DNA from: Eledone cirrhosa
Lineage: Eukaryota
Assembly: GCA_964016885.1 (NCBI GenBank)
Contig: OZ024747.1
Coordinates: 73,532,001-73,596,000, forward strand
Reading direction: 5' to 3'
Length of the DNA: 64,000 nt
Part shown: positions 28,670 through 43,079 of the stretch, piece by piece
Numbering within the stretch: the stretch's first letter is position 1
Layout of the letters: every line of letters starts with the position of its first letter
Notes under the pieces: generated by a model
What the model was told of the DNA's origin: nothing
Database searches by the model: none
The model's input: only the letters and a program-made list of their open reading frames with translations
Made by a program: the position numbers and the translations under genes

Positions 28670-29511
28670 ACATATACACACATTTATGTATATCCACATT
28701 CCTACGTGTATATATGTATTTGACTATTTTCAAATCTGATTCTTTCATACGTGTTTCATACATTAATTCTTTTATATGTAGGTTTCGCATTACAGATTGC
28801 ATTTACTATAACAGACATACAATCTTAACAATCGTCTGTATAGTCTTTGAGACACCTTTAAGCCACAAACACAATTACCATGTTGTGCCTGTTTCTAAAC
28901 AACGAACAGCTAATACTTTCACTACATGAAGCAAATCATGCGATTCACTTTGTATATGATAGGGTGAATGATTATGTCTAAAACGAATTCATCTTGTTAA
29001 ATTCATTCGGTTGAAATTGAAAGTCTGTTCCTGTATTCACATATTTTAATATGTTGTATGGAATTATTTTTGGTATATCTGTAAATTCCCTGTGTATATA
29101 AACACACACACACGCACATACGGGCGTATGAAGCTACAAACGCACACATATACACGGTCAGCAACAGACATTCACACATGGTATTTAAGTCTGCTGCTAT
29201 TCTGTGTTTCTCCAATCTTGAAGTCAGTCAAGGCGCAAGAAGCCACATGTTTCCGTCTACCAAATTTCACTTACATGGCATAGTTCAACCAGAGGCTATG
29301 ATAAATGATACGGGCCAATGCGAAGCCTTGGGATCAAATCCGAGATCAATTTATTGTGAAACAAAGTGATCACCGACTTGATTATTCCTCGTCCACTAAA
29401 CGTGAGTCATATGTACAATTTATCTCGCCCCACCGAACCATAAGCTAGTTTGGTGTCTATGATGTTAGCCAGTGTAATAAGCCACTATAATAATTATTCA
29501 ACTAACAGATA

Positions 29512-29709
29512 TGAGGATCGGCTGACAAGTTTATAGACTGACCAAGATCCTCTCATGGAATGATCAAATGAGATTTATTTTTAAACATAGTCCTTGAAAA
29601 GAAACAATGCAGCTATTAATAAAAAGAGTTGAAATTAATGCATGCAATATTTGTTCGTTCTAACATCACTCCTACATAGTCAGCTTATGATCGTTTCAAC
29701 CTACTCTGG
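29512..29709. mobile_element. Tc1/mariner-type MITE, copy 2
   Basis: TA|TGAGGATCGGCTGACAAGTTTATAGACTGAC ... GTCAGCTTATGATCGTTTCAACCTACTCTGG|TA. Homologous to 6090-6286. Confidence 0.7.
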
Positions 29710-30835
29710 TAAGTTAGTCACGTGTCGACAGTTTTAGCCAGTATAACTAGCTATTACACTAATTATTCAACTAAAATCTAACAGATATGCGATAACGTGC
29801 GATAGACATGTTTTGGAATTTTATTTCCTGATACAGCTTCTTTCGAGCATCTTTAATACAGAACAAGAACAATAAGCACTAGAAGATACGTTAAGGTCAC
29901 AGCGGTCTTAAACCGTTGATTTTAATGAAATCTTTTAGTTTCTAACTTGATTCTGTCAGAAACAGTTATAGATGTCGCGACATTTAAACGAGTGCTATGT
30001 AAGTGACTGTTTAATTGTATTTTTGTGTGCGAGTGTGTGTGTGTGTGTGTGTGTGTGCGAGGTATGTGTGTGTCCACGTTTGTGTGTTTTTATGTGTTTA
30101 TATATGTGCCTGCTTGGGTATTAGTATATGCGTTGTGTGTTGTGTGTATGTGTGTGTGTGTGTGCGCGATTTATGCAGGAATCACAATAAAACAGGGTTC
30201 TATATCTACAAAAACAATCACAAGAGCACGTTCATATACACATACAAGTTGTATGCGTGTATTAATGTTTATGTATATCAACATGCACAAGCACACAAAG
30301 AGCTGCGTGCGCACACACGTATTCTCAGACACACACATGTGTCTGTGTATGTCTGCTCAGCTGCATACATGTGTAGGTATTTATATTCTCACAATATTAC
30401 ATATACACATGACTACCTAATTAGTGTAGCCCAAATTTCAATCAAAGAGAGAAACCTTATATCGAGATTGGAGACTGAGTATTACTGTATTGGAAAGCAA
30501 ATGGAGAAATAAAACCAGAATATCTTACGTTCTTACGCATATTGTGTCTGTTATTTTATTGTTTTTGTTTTCGGAATTTACTGAACTGAACAGATTTCGT
30601 TTTAATTAATGAGAACTGAGAAATTGTCGACTAGCATAGTTTAGTGAACGTAGGAGGAGCGAACACAATACTCTATAGTAAGCCTGTCAGTAGAATAAAT
30701 ACGGTAATGCTATCAGATAGTAGATTCTTCAGAACAACAGAAACGGAAACGCGTGGTGCCACTTCCATTTCATGGCGTATGCAAGCTTTCACGAATTGCG
30801 AAATATTTGAACAGTGAATATGTAAAACCAGAAGA

Positions 30836-30946
<111 letters not shown>

Positions 30947-31151
30947 AAAGACTGAAATCAATCCACTAGAAGATCGAAAACAAAAGATAGAATGATGAAA
31001 GTAAAATACGGTAACAAGAAAATAAGTATGAGAGGAATGTGTATATTAGTGAGAGAGGGAGGGAGAGAGTGAGAGAGAGAGAGAGAGAGGATGGAGTCGT
31101 AGGAGAGGGGAGAGAGATATTCAAACTTAAGTCAGAAATGCATACATACAC

Positions 31152-31206
<55 letters not shown>

Positions 31207-31407
31207 TATATATGTATATATTTCGATCAGAGCAAACATCACGGACGCTCTATCTCAAAATTATTTTTGAAAAGCATTAGAAATGCGCAACCGATAAAAC
31301 TTAAAACCAAAACTGAATACTAACCAATACAATTACTAATTCTCACTTATTCCTAATTAAACTATTTTTCACTGTGAACAATTTGTCAGCATTTTCTATT
31401 CCGTTTA

Positions 31408-31505
<98 letters not shown>

Positions 31506-31597
31506 CGTACATATACACGCAAACACATACACATTACAACCTATATATTTACATAACTTCAGACATAATTACACATCCATCAACACATGTAGAAAAG

Positions 31598-31766
<169 letters not shown>

Positions 31767-32359
31767 TTATATATATATATGTATATATATATGTGTGTGA
31801 AATATAGAGGTGATTTGGGGAACAGCTTATGGTGCTACCAATACGAGCTCTCAATGCAAGGACTGAGTGAATATAATAAGACAATTGATTTTATTGATTA
31901 TCGTCCCGTTAAGATTATTTCGCATATGTTTGATTTAAGGTCATCTATACATACATCTCTTCACATACATACATACGTACATACATGTATATATGTATAT
32001 TAATATACGTCAATTACTGAAAATGTGAGTGTGTATTTCTGCAGACAACCATTGCTAATACGGAGCATGGCAATTTTATAGTCTGATAATTTTTAATGGA
32101 TCCTGTACAGGATGAGAACTGACAAGTGAAGGAATTTGTAATAGACACCTTAAAAGAACCCCCTTCACCCGGCCACAACCAAATCCCATAATAACATAGA
32201 TGAGGATACACTTCTAATTCTGAGATAAGCCAACAGTTTATTTACGATAATCAGCATGAAACCTTTTACTTTTCTTGTTGTTTTTTATATTGGTATATTT
32301 TTCTTGTCTCATTAATGATAATTATTTACTCGTTTCCCAAAAGTGAGAAAGCGATACAG

Positions 32360-32480
32360 AGGAATAATCGACCCCAGTACTACACTGTTACATATTCTCG
32401 ACGTCAAAATGATGAAAGTCAAAGTTGACCTCGGCGGGATATGAACTGAGAGACAGAGAACCTGAACAAATACCGCAAAA
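32360..32480 (-). mobile_element. Old SINE fragment
   Basis: ATCGACCCCAGTAC...GATGAAAGTCAAAGTTGACCTCGGCGGGATATGAACT matches the SINE body. Confidence 0.7.
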
Positions 32481-32491
32481 CGTATACATAC

Positions 32492-32535
<44 letters not shown>

Positions 32536-32538
<3 letters not shown>

Positions 32539-33164
32539 TTGAAAAAAATGAAGACGAAATTTCATTTCTCACTCTTAGTATGGCACTTACTTAAATGTAA
32601 GTATGTATGTATACGTACATACATATATGTATACAGACGTACAGTAGCATGCATATATATATATACATATATACATACAGGTACACATACATATATGCAC
32701 GTATCAGTTTAGCGGACGCTTATTATAACGCCGCTTTGTTCGTTTGTAAACAAACTGAACAGCCTGAATTTATGCCATACGGTGTTAAGGCAACCACGTC
32801 ACCTTTTTGTTCAACACTGACACAGGAACGATGAACTAGTTTCAAGCTTGTTAGATATCATCAGCACCGTATACCCATCTGCCAGATAGTTGAACGTTCG
32901 AAAGTATATACTTTCCTTATGAAAATTAACGTCTGAGCAGCCTAATTTTGCATATTGAGTGAGTTAAATCGCTCAGGCATACCGAAAACTGTTCAGTTTG
33001 TTTACAAACGAACAAAGCGGTGTTATAATAAGCGTCCGCTAAACTGATGCGTGCATATATGTATGTGTACCTGTATGTATATATGTATATATATATATAT
33101 ATATATATGCATGCTACTGTACGTCTGTATACATATATGTATGTACGTATACATACATACTTAC

Positions 33165-33169
<5 letters not shown>
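32536..33169 (-). mobile_element. Hammerhead-bearing non-coding repeat, copy 2, with inverted 5' partial copy
   Basis: 32536-32989 is the reverse complement of monomer B-C-A. 32990-33169 is an inverted copy of C plus part of A, pairing with 32592-32762 and lacking the terminal ~56 nt. Both ends lie in (TA)n. Confidence 0.7.
32809..32895 (-). ncRNA. Type-I hammerhead ribozyme (core intact)
   Basis: Minus strand: GTTCAACTATCTGGCAGATGGGTAT-ACGGTG-CTGATGA-TATCTAACAAGCTT-GAAA-CTAG-TT-CATCGT-TCCTGTGTCAGTGTTGAAC. CTGATGA is at 32864-32858 and the triplet is GTT. One mismatch in stem II. Confidence 0.75.
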
Positions 33170-33221
<52 letters not shown>

Positions 33222-33292
33222 CGTGTGTGCGTGTATACACACACATACACACACACACACACACACACATACACACACACACACACACACAG

Positions 33293-33375
<83 letters not shown>

Positions 33376-33380
<5 letters not shown>

Positions 33381-33890
33381 GTTGACGGAACCACCATAAT
33401 TATCAATGCCAGGACTGGTTGTATCTCAGCGCACTCAATGGGCAATGTAAGATACATTACCAGAGTATACACATAGTTATTTGCCTCAACACGACACACG
33501 TAAAACGGTTGCCTATAAGGTCTCCGGACTCGAGTTTCTGCCGCACTAATGCAACATTAAGGTGCACTGCCCCCCATCTGTCTGCATATAGTATGCAACA
33601 ATGCATAATCGGCTTATGCGGCTTCATCAGCGGGTATCGCCTAATCAATAACCAATCGATCGACAGAATCCAAAGACCGGCCCATGCCGGTCATGACTGT
33701 TTGTGACAACCGACACGCTAAAGCGATTAACAACTGGCAACCGATAGGACTCTATCTCTCAACTAGCCACTGATTTACAAATTTTACGTGGGGACGGGAA
33801 GCTAAAAAGAATCAATCTTTTAGTTCCTGTCAGAAGCCCTCAGCCAACGTGTCTCACACACAAATTATCAAAGTTTTAAAAAGATGGCTA
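33376..33890 (-). mobile_element. Second hammerhead-bearing repeat fragment (Penelope-like)
   Basis: GC-richer island bounded by (TA)n on both sides, containing the hammerhead motif at 33524-33633. Boundaries are approximate. Confidence 0.5.
33524..33633 (-). ncRNA. Type-I hammerhead motif with long stem II insertion
   Basis: Minus strand: CCG-CTGATGA-A-GCCGCA...(~70 nt)...TGCGGC-A-GAAA-CTCGAG-TC-CGG. Stem III is palindromic (ACTCGAGT), the triplet is GTC and the proximal stem I is 3 bp. Confidence 0.6.
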
Positions 33891-34066
33891 TTAGAAATGG
33901 CTATATATATATATATAAATATATATATATATATGAATGAAAAATAGAGCGAGAAACGGGACTGTCCATCATCAGTGATCTTCTGACTATCATTGATATT
34001 TCTTCGCATTAAAGACCAGATACCTCAACATCAGTGCGAGCAATAACTGAAATAATTTATTGGGAC

Positions 34067-34663
34067 AGAGCGAATTGGATGGAGAAAGAGGGACAGTAAA
34101 CAAACAAAAGTAGTAATACAACGTAAAGAGAGGAAATGAGAGACAAGTCAATGATACATGTGAACTTAAGTTCGACCAAATCAACGACGAGAAGACGACA
34201 GACCCGTCCGAACCCTGCGAAATGTGAGCAAGAAAAGGATTTCACGCAGGTCAGACGGGAGGAAGTAAAAGAGAGGGAGCAGCAGAGAGTGAGTGAGTGA
34301 AAGTGTGAGGAAGAGGCCAGCAGTTACTGCTATCCTCTTTCTCTCTTCCTCTTCTCCCTCCTTGTACCTCTTGCTTTCATTCACTCCCTCTGCTGGTCAC
34401 ACTCTCTCGGCTGGCCTCTTCCTCACATTTTCACTCACTCCTCTCTGATGCTCCCCCTATCTCACTTCCTCCCATCTGACCTGTGTGAAATCCTTGTCTT
34501 GCTCACATTTCGCAGGGTTCGGACGGGTCTGTCGTCTTCTCGTCGTTGATTTGGTCGAACTTAAGTTCACATGTATCATTGACTTGTCTCTCATTTCCTC
34601 CCTTTACGTTGTATTACTACTTTTGTTTGTTTACTGTCCCTCATTCTCCACACAATTCGCTCT
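34067..34663. repeat. Long inverted repeat (palindrome): ~255-bp arms 34067-34321 and 34410-34663, 88-bp spacer
   Basis: The arms are reverse complements, and the mirrored ORFs at 34057(-) and 34485(+) give nearly the same peptide. The ~145-bp core has one mismatch by eye. Confidence 0.95.
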
Positions 34664-37629
34664 CTCTCTCTCTCTCTCTCCTATATATATATATATGCAT
34701 ACATACATAACAGACTGCAACCTCTCAAGATATCGAATCTATCTTTTAATAACGTGATTACTATTTCCGGAAGATTTGGATGAAAACCGATCTTGTTCTG
34801 ATCCCTGATAATTGATTCTCACAAAAGTGAATGTCAACCGGTTCATTGTTGCTAAAAGCTATTACAAGAACCCGGACTTAATGAGACGTAGATTGAAAAT
34901 GGTGCCAGAATGAAACATATGGTTTCGAAAACACGTGAGCGTGAAATATTTCTGTTTACTAAGATCTAATCTTATACTCTTCAACAATGTAACACATTCC
35001 AATAGACATAGACAATTATTAATTGATTCCAGTCCAAAAAGTGCTAAATCAAGAACAATGACATAATAGTTGCAGTAAAATTAATCGTATCTTTATTTGC
35101 TGCAAAGGTAAGCAAAACCTACAAACACATAATCGATTATAGGTAAACAGGCATGAAAATTATGAAACGGGTTCCGTCACCTGGCCCGCTGAGTACTTCT
35201 TTCTTTAGCTTAGATTACATTTCTAGAAGTCTCGCCCACGCTAATCCCAACCACACTTCAGCAATTTATTTTTCATTGGAACCACTAAAGACAGGCTGTA
35301 TAAATATATGCTTGAATGACATCGACCACACTTCACCGTCCGGGATATTTTGTGTATTCCACGACATATAATTACCATTATTCATACCAAACTGAACGCT
35401 TCATTTAAAGCGTTACAAGGTGATTGATTTCTGGCATATGGCGCGCGCTTCTTTCACAAGAAGAAACTACAGGATTGTCAGCGTCGCTACGTCCTGCCTC
35501 ACAGAACTGGGAACACTCCTGTTCTGCTGCGAGTTGCAGTAGAGTGCTTCGAAGAAATCGGAGAACACATCTGACATATCTCTGTAAAGCTCTTACCTCT
35601 AATATTTATAGATATATCACCAACAGAATGTAAGGTAAAGGTAGACGACATTCGATCATCTGCTTTACCGGGCTGGGTCAGAGGTTAAACAAGTTTTAAA
35701 TCACTACAATATGGTACATGAGCTTTTTGTATATTTGTGGAGTATTGCAACTATTGAAATGCATTGAAGTCTGTGATACCAGGCAAATCTTCTAGTAGAC
35801 TAGACTATTCCTGCAATGTAGTATTGAATGTAGTATCTTGCTGCGACGCCTACATAATAAAATGTAAATTATGAGCGGCAAAAGCAAGTTCCGCTTGATT
35901 TACATAAACTCTCGTCTCCATACAAGATATTGTAAATCATATAGATATGCACCACTCTAATATATTGCTGTGTCTCTACAACTATAAAATAAAATTTGAT
36001 AGGAATATGAAATCAATTATTGCAAATCAGAACACACATACACACACAAACACAGAGAAACACAGACACAAACACTGAGACTAACAATCGTATTTATTCA
36101 ACGATGATATTGGTAATAAATAACCGAGTACAGCATCTTTAAATGGCTGGCCGACTTGGGAGAAATCAGCGTCAAGTCTCTCAAAAGCACAAGAGAAAGG
36201 AAAACACTGGGTTTTGTGTGTTGTTGGAATAATCATTCGTAGAATGTAGTTGAACACAAATGACTGGCCTAAACAACAGCAACAAGAATAAAGTTTAAAC
36301 AAGTTGAATGTAGGTGAATTTATTTTCACAGATAATGTAGGAACGAAGTCAAACCTGCTGTTTTGTCTTCCAAGTGTCAGAGAATTCATGTGCCAAACAT
36401 TTACGTTCGATTTGATAGATTGATATATCCCGACAAATCTTCTTCAAATTACATTATACCATCTTAAAAAAGTGTCAAAATTCTGAGATATTGTGCTCCT
36501 AATGTTTGTTCCTCTAAAAAAACCCAAAAGAAATGCAGAATCGCCACAGGTATGTGTATCTTGGTTCATAGGTCTGGTTGAAAGGAACTGGCATTGGGCT
36601 TAGTAACGGCATTTGAAATACTAGAAACAGCCGTCAAACTGCCTAAATACCCTCCTTTATTACACTAAAAATGATTGTATGTAATTAATTATTGATAATC
36701 GAAGTGTAATTATAAGACAATTCGAATGGGAAAAGCTGAAATATACATTGTAATATGTATACTCAATTGGGGAACATTACCCAATGAGAAAGTATATATA
36801 TATATATATATATATATATCGTTATTTAGCGTCCACATTAGCGTGTTGAAAATGGAATTAAATGTAATGTTGCATTATTATAGTTTCTCTCTCATAAATT
36901 AAACGGAAATTGCAACACTGCCTCCCACAATGGCTACCCATTCTACTCCCAAATATATATTCATACCGAGATATTGACGTATTGAAAAGTCGCTTTTCAA
37001 AGGACACATCATATAACCAATGAGAGAATAGTATATTTTGACACTTGATATCCTCCTCGTTCGGTCTGATCATTCTTATAACTGAATTGATAAAATATAA
37101 CGCATATTCTGGTAACGTATTCATCATAAAGGAATCTAATAATAATACATTTATCGAAAACACACAATCGGTAGCGCTAACGTATTCAGGTTAGAATATA
37201 CTGAGTATATGCAAGAGAATGATGAAGCGTGATCGATATGAAAGACTGACTTAATATTAAGATTGGTAATTATGGGGAAGGTGAAAAATATTGTGAAAAA
37301 TAAACATTAACGTACGTCTTTTTTTAATAACTAAAATTGCTTTTATATATTTTAATGTAGCTGATACTTTTTAAAAACGGTTTCCTATGTTAATTGAAGT
37401 AAATCATATTAACTCTTGAATATATTACATCCTGAAATCTAGGCATTAATGGATAAAGATATAAACACACACATGCGATCTCGTACACAGAAACATACTT
37501 CACACATTTGAATACATTCGGCCAGAACTACAGATATTTTAGACATAAGCATATACACGTATATTCAAACGCACCAACATACACATAGACACACAGACAC
37601 ACAGACACACGCACACAGACACACGCGCA

Positions 37630-37735
<106 letters not shown>

Positions 37736-38601
37736 ATATATATATATATATATTGCAATTTAATACTGTATTTAAAACGAAATGTCTCACTGAGTGTTTG
37801 ATGCCATTTTTTCGTCTATAAAAAATTACAACCCAAAACAAAATAAATACACCAACAGGAAAAGCCAGAGAAAGTGAACAAGTAATGTTAGTGATGGCAG
37901 TTATTCAACGTCTACAAACATAGGAACACTAATTAATATTACAAGGCTAAAAAATAAACTTTACATAAAAAAGAAATACTTTTGATAAAACAACTAACAA
38001 TATATTAGTAATAGATTGAATTTCGAGGCGGCATCAACATTATACATATTGGTACGTATAGGAATCTTCACTATTATTTTTTATTGTAGCTTAACGTGTA
38101 AATATATTATCAGGGAAATAATATCTAGTTAATTCTATTGTTACCCTTATATGACTGATACTTCTTTTACTTCGAAGTAATGTCTACCCTCCCGGAATTT
38201 TAATTCAAATTGCCATGGGAGAATGACAAATACCTTCAATCAAACGCATCTGGTATTTTTTACCTATATCTTTATTTAAGAATAGTTTTTTTTATTTTAT
38301 CTCGTTAGACATGCTGAAGATACACTATAGTTTAATATTCATTAAATCTAATCTGTGAGTACGCACTCTATCGTCTCAAAATAGATTAAAGACATTTTCC
38401 ATTTGGCAGATCTGTTAGACTGTTGGACAAAATATTTTGCGTTAGAGCTATTGTCTATATATTTTGTAAAGTTGTAAGCCCTTTTGTTTTTGTTTTCTAC
38501 ATATTTATATATTTCAAAGATCACTTATTGTCATAGGGATCTTTTTTAATGTCAATTCTCAAATTATGATAATCTCTAATTCGAGATGTATATAAATGTA
38601 T

Positions 38602-38788
38602 AATTGTTTCTACTTTAGGCACAAGGCCAGCAAATTAACCAGTGTATTACTGGTACTTTATTTTATCGACCCCGTAAGGATGAAAGGCAAAGTCAACCTC
38701 GGCAGGATTTGAACTCAGATCGTAAAGGGACGTAACTATGCTGGAAAGCTTGGCGTCCGACCCTCTACCGATACTGCCAATCCACCGC
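38602..38788 (-). mobile_element. tRNA-derived SINE
   Basis: Reverse complement of the main family. Flanked by TGTATAAT on both sides. Confidence 0.9.
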
Positions 38789-39667
38789 TGTATAATATTT
38801 CTCTGTTTTAATAAAGTATTATCATCTATCCCCTTTAGCCCTAGTCTCTACAACCGCGTCAGTTCACATATACCAGATTATGTTCATTTCGCTATTGACG
38901 GAGACATTGGCTGCGGTTTGAATGTATAACCTCATTTCTGTAGATATCCAGTGTGATGCATATAAACATATTCGCTGTTGGGGAATTCTAGACAACTAGA
39001 GATAAGGTGGTGAGTTGATGCTAACAACTAGAAATCTCGCCGTCGAAACGGATGGAGGTCGAACATAATACAATAAAACGTCAGCGATGTTATTTGGTAG
39101 AGAGCAGTACTTTAACTAAGCGTGTGATATAAAAACTTATTTTTGTATGAATTTGAAACCACGTTTTAAGGCACTATACTGAAAAAATAAAATAATACAT
39201 TCTCTTTTCTGTTATCACCAGCTTCTAAATCCTCAGGCTGTATGTAATAACGATTTCATAATCAGTATAAGAATCTTGCCTAATACTAGAATGCAATGAT
39301 GAATGAAGCATGATATGAACACAACACCTGCAATACTGAAGTCACTTAAATCGTTACAATTTTCTTGAATATAAATAGTGTTTTTAGTCAGCATCTGTAT
39401 AACACATCACACATCAATCATTGGTAAAGTGATGTCTTCTTTAATCTTCCTGACTAGCATTCTTCATCTACTTCCATACTTCAATAGACTACTCACTCGC
39501 CAAGCCGTCACTGCTGGAAAGATACCTCTTAGAGATAACCAGTGGGAGAAAAGAGAGGGGTTGCATTCCGTATCTAGTTTTCTCACAGCGGAGTACTATA
39601 CGGGTGTGTGGGTGTCTGAAGAAGAATTGACTCAATTGTGAATGTTTAAAAAACTTATACACATACT

Positions 39668-41332
<1,665 letters not shown>

Positions 41333-41910
41333 GCAACTCTTTTATGGAGAGTTGGTTAAAGGAAAACGACCGCCACATAAACCAAAAAAGAGGTATAAGG
41401 ATTCCTTGAAAGCCTCTCTGAAAGACGCTAACATCTCTGCTGATACATGGGAGAATATTGCTGCTGATCGTAATACATGGAGAAAGACTGTATATGAGGG
41501 AAAAAGTTGCCTTTGAGGCATCTCGAATCGCATACGAGAAAGTAAAGCTGGATGTGAGGAAGGGCATTGCTGTTGCACTTCCAGACGGCGAGGGTCCTCC
41601 TATGGTGCTGACATGCAGCGTCTGTGCGAGACTCTGCCTAAGCAAAGCTGGACTCGAAAGTCATCTTCGCAGTCATAAAGTAAGACCAGTGGTTGACTAC
41701 CAGGCTGCTGTTGGAGATGCGACTCATCATGCTTGCCAGACATGTGGTAGAGAATGTAAATCAGCAGGAGGGCTCAAGCGACATGCAAAAGTACACGAAC
41801 TCCAACCACAGCCGACTATTCCCAGTGAATGTTTTGGTTGCCGACTCTGTGCAAGACATTTTAGATCATTGGCTGGGCTAAAAAGCCACATTCGATCTCA
41901 GCGCTGTTAG
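41333..41910 (+). pseudogene. 5'-truncated RTE-type LINE ORF C-terminus with three C2H2 zinc fingers
   Basis: [29 protein letters not shown]...[12 protein letters not shown] is a typical RTE post-RT region. After a frameshift at ~41505 come CSVC..HLRSH, CQTC..HAKVH and CRLC..HIRS, with a stop at 41910. Confidence 0.8.
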
Positions 41911-42080
41911 TTGCTATCGTGTGTGTGTGTGTGTGTGTAGATATGCTTATGTGTGTGCGTGTGTGTATATATATACGTATATGTATATTATTGTTGTTGT
42001 CGTTATTATTATTGTTGTTATTAATGTATGTGTGTGTATATGTGTGTGAGTATGTATGTGTGTGTGTGTGTATGTGTATA

Positions 42081-42147
<67 letters not shown>

Positions 42148-42169
42148 CTTTTTTAAAATCTTTTTTTTA

Positions 42170-42213
<44 letters not shown>

Positions 42214-42217
42214 TTTT

Positions 42218-42265
42218 CTTTCTCCTCGTGCAATGGCCATACTCGATAACGAGGGGGCAGCCATC
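42218..42265 (+). mobile_element. RTE-type 3' terminal fragment
   Basis: TGGCCATACTCGATAACGAGGGGGCAGCCATC(AT)n is similar to the 3' end of the element at 42410-42990. Confidence 0.65.
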
Positions 42266-42327
42266 ATATATATATATATATATATGTATATATATGTATA
42301 TATATATATATTCATACATACATACAT

Positions 42328-42385
<58 letters not shown>

Positions 42386-42409
42386 GTATGAATATATATA
42401 TATATATAT

Positions 42410-42990
42410 GGTCGGGTCGTTGGCGACTAAACTGGCAACCCCACCAAGGTTTCTTGGTGAGGAGGGTGACTTTGGACATCCTGCAGGACTAAAAACAAAA
42501 CCTGTCAAAGGGCAAAGGAGCTCTTAAGAGTCAATGGCCATCCAAAATCACCGGGAGAGATGACCCCTTTAGCCTTAGTCAAGGCAGAATTCTAGGAGAA
42601 GGAAAACTCTGATATAACACCTGCAACCCTGATGGTATCCAATGATGTTGACTTGTTCTTCTTTTTGGTAAATAGCATCTTGGTTAAGAGAGTGGGACTG
42701 GCTTTGTGCAGTGCCTTTGCTCACTATAAAAGCTTCACGGCACAGGCATTGCTTTATATCTGGAGATCTCTCTGCACTTGTCCTCACATGGGCCCAGCAC
42801 TATGTGTCAATAATTGTCCTACCATGGGCCTAGCACTATGTGTCAATAATTGTCACAGGTGTAGTGTTTGTACCAGAGGTTTCAAGTCGCTGGCTGGACT
42901 AAAAAGTCACACTCGTTCAGCGCTTCGGTAGGGGTTATCCTACATGGATGTAAAGTAGTGGCCGTACTCGAAAACGAGTTGGCAGCCACC
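42410..42990 (+). mobile_element. Non-autonomous bipartite RTE-derived retroposon, apparently full length
   Basis: The 5' part has RTE-5'UTR-like motifs (GGCAACCCC...GGAGAAGGAAAACTCTGATATAA). The 3' part encodes a last zinc finger CSVCTRGFKSLAGLKSHTRS, homologous to 41830-41900, then a CTCG-AAAA-CGAG hairpin and (AT)n. Two more copies are in the window. Confidence 0.8.
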
Positions 42991-43006
42991 ATATATATAT
43001 ATATAC

Positions 43007-43079
<73 letters not shown>

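Noticed and set aside
35400-35640. CpG-containing segment with a possible donor site (AAG|GTAAAG) as a first exon or promoter
   Set aside because: Only weak compositional hints; cannot be supported without transcript data.
39610-39650. CTGAAGA followed by a small hairpin, as another hammerhead
   Set aside because: No GAAA core and no stems I or III.
41458-41910. Host C2H2 zinc-finger gene exon
   Set aside because: Contiguous with RTE-like coding sequence, no TGEKP linkers or splice sites, and homologous to the 3' end of a dispersed retroposon.
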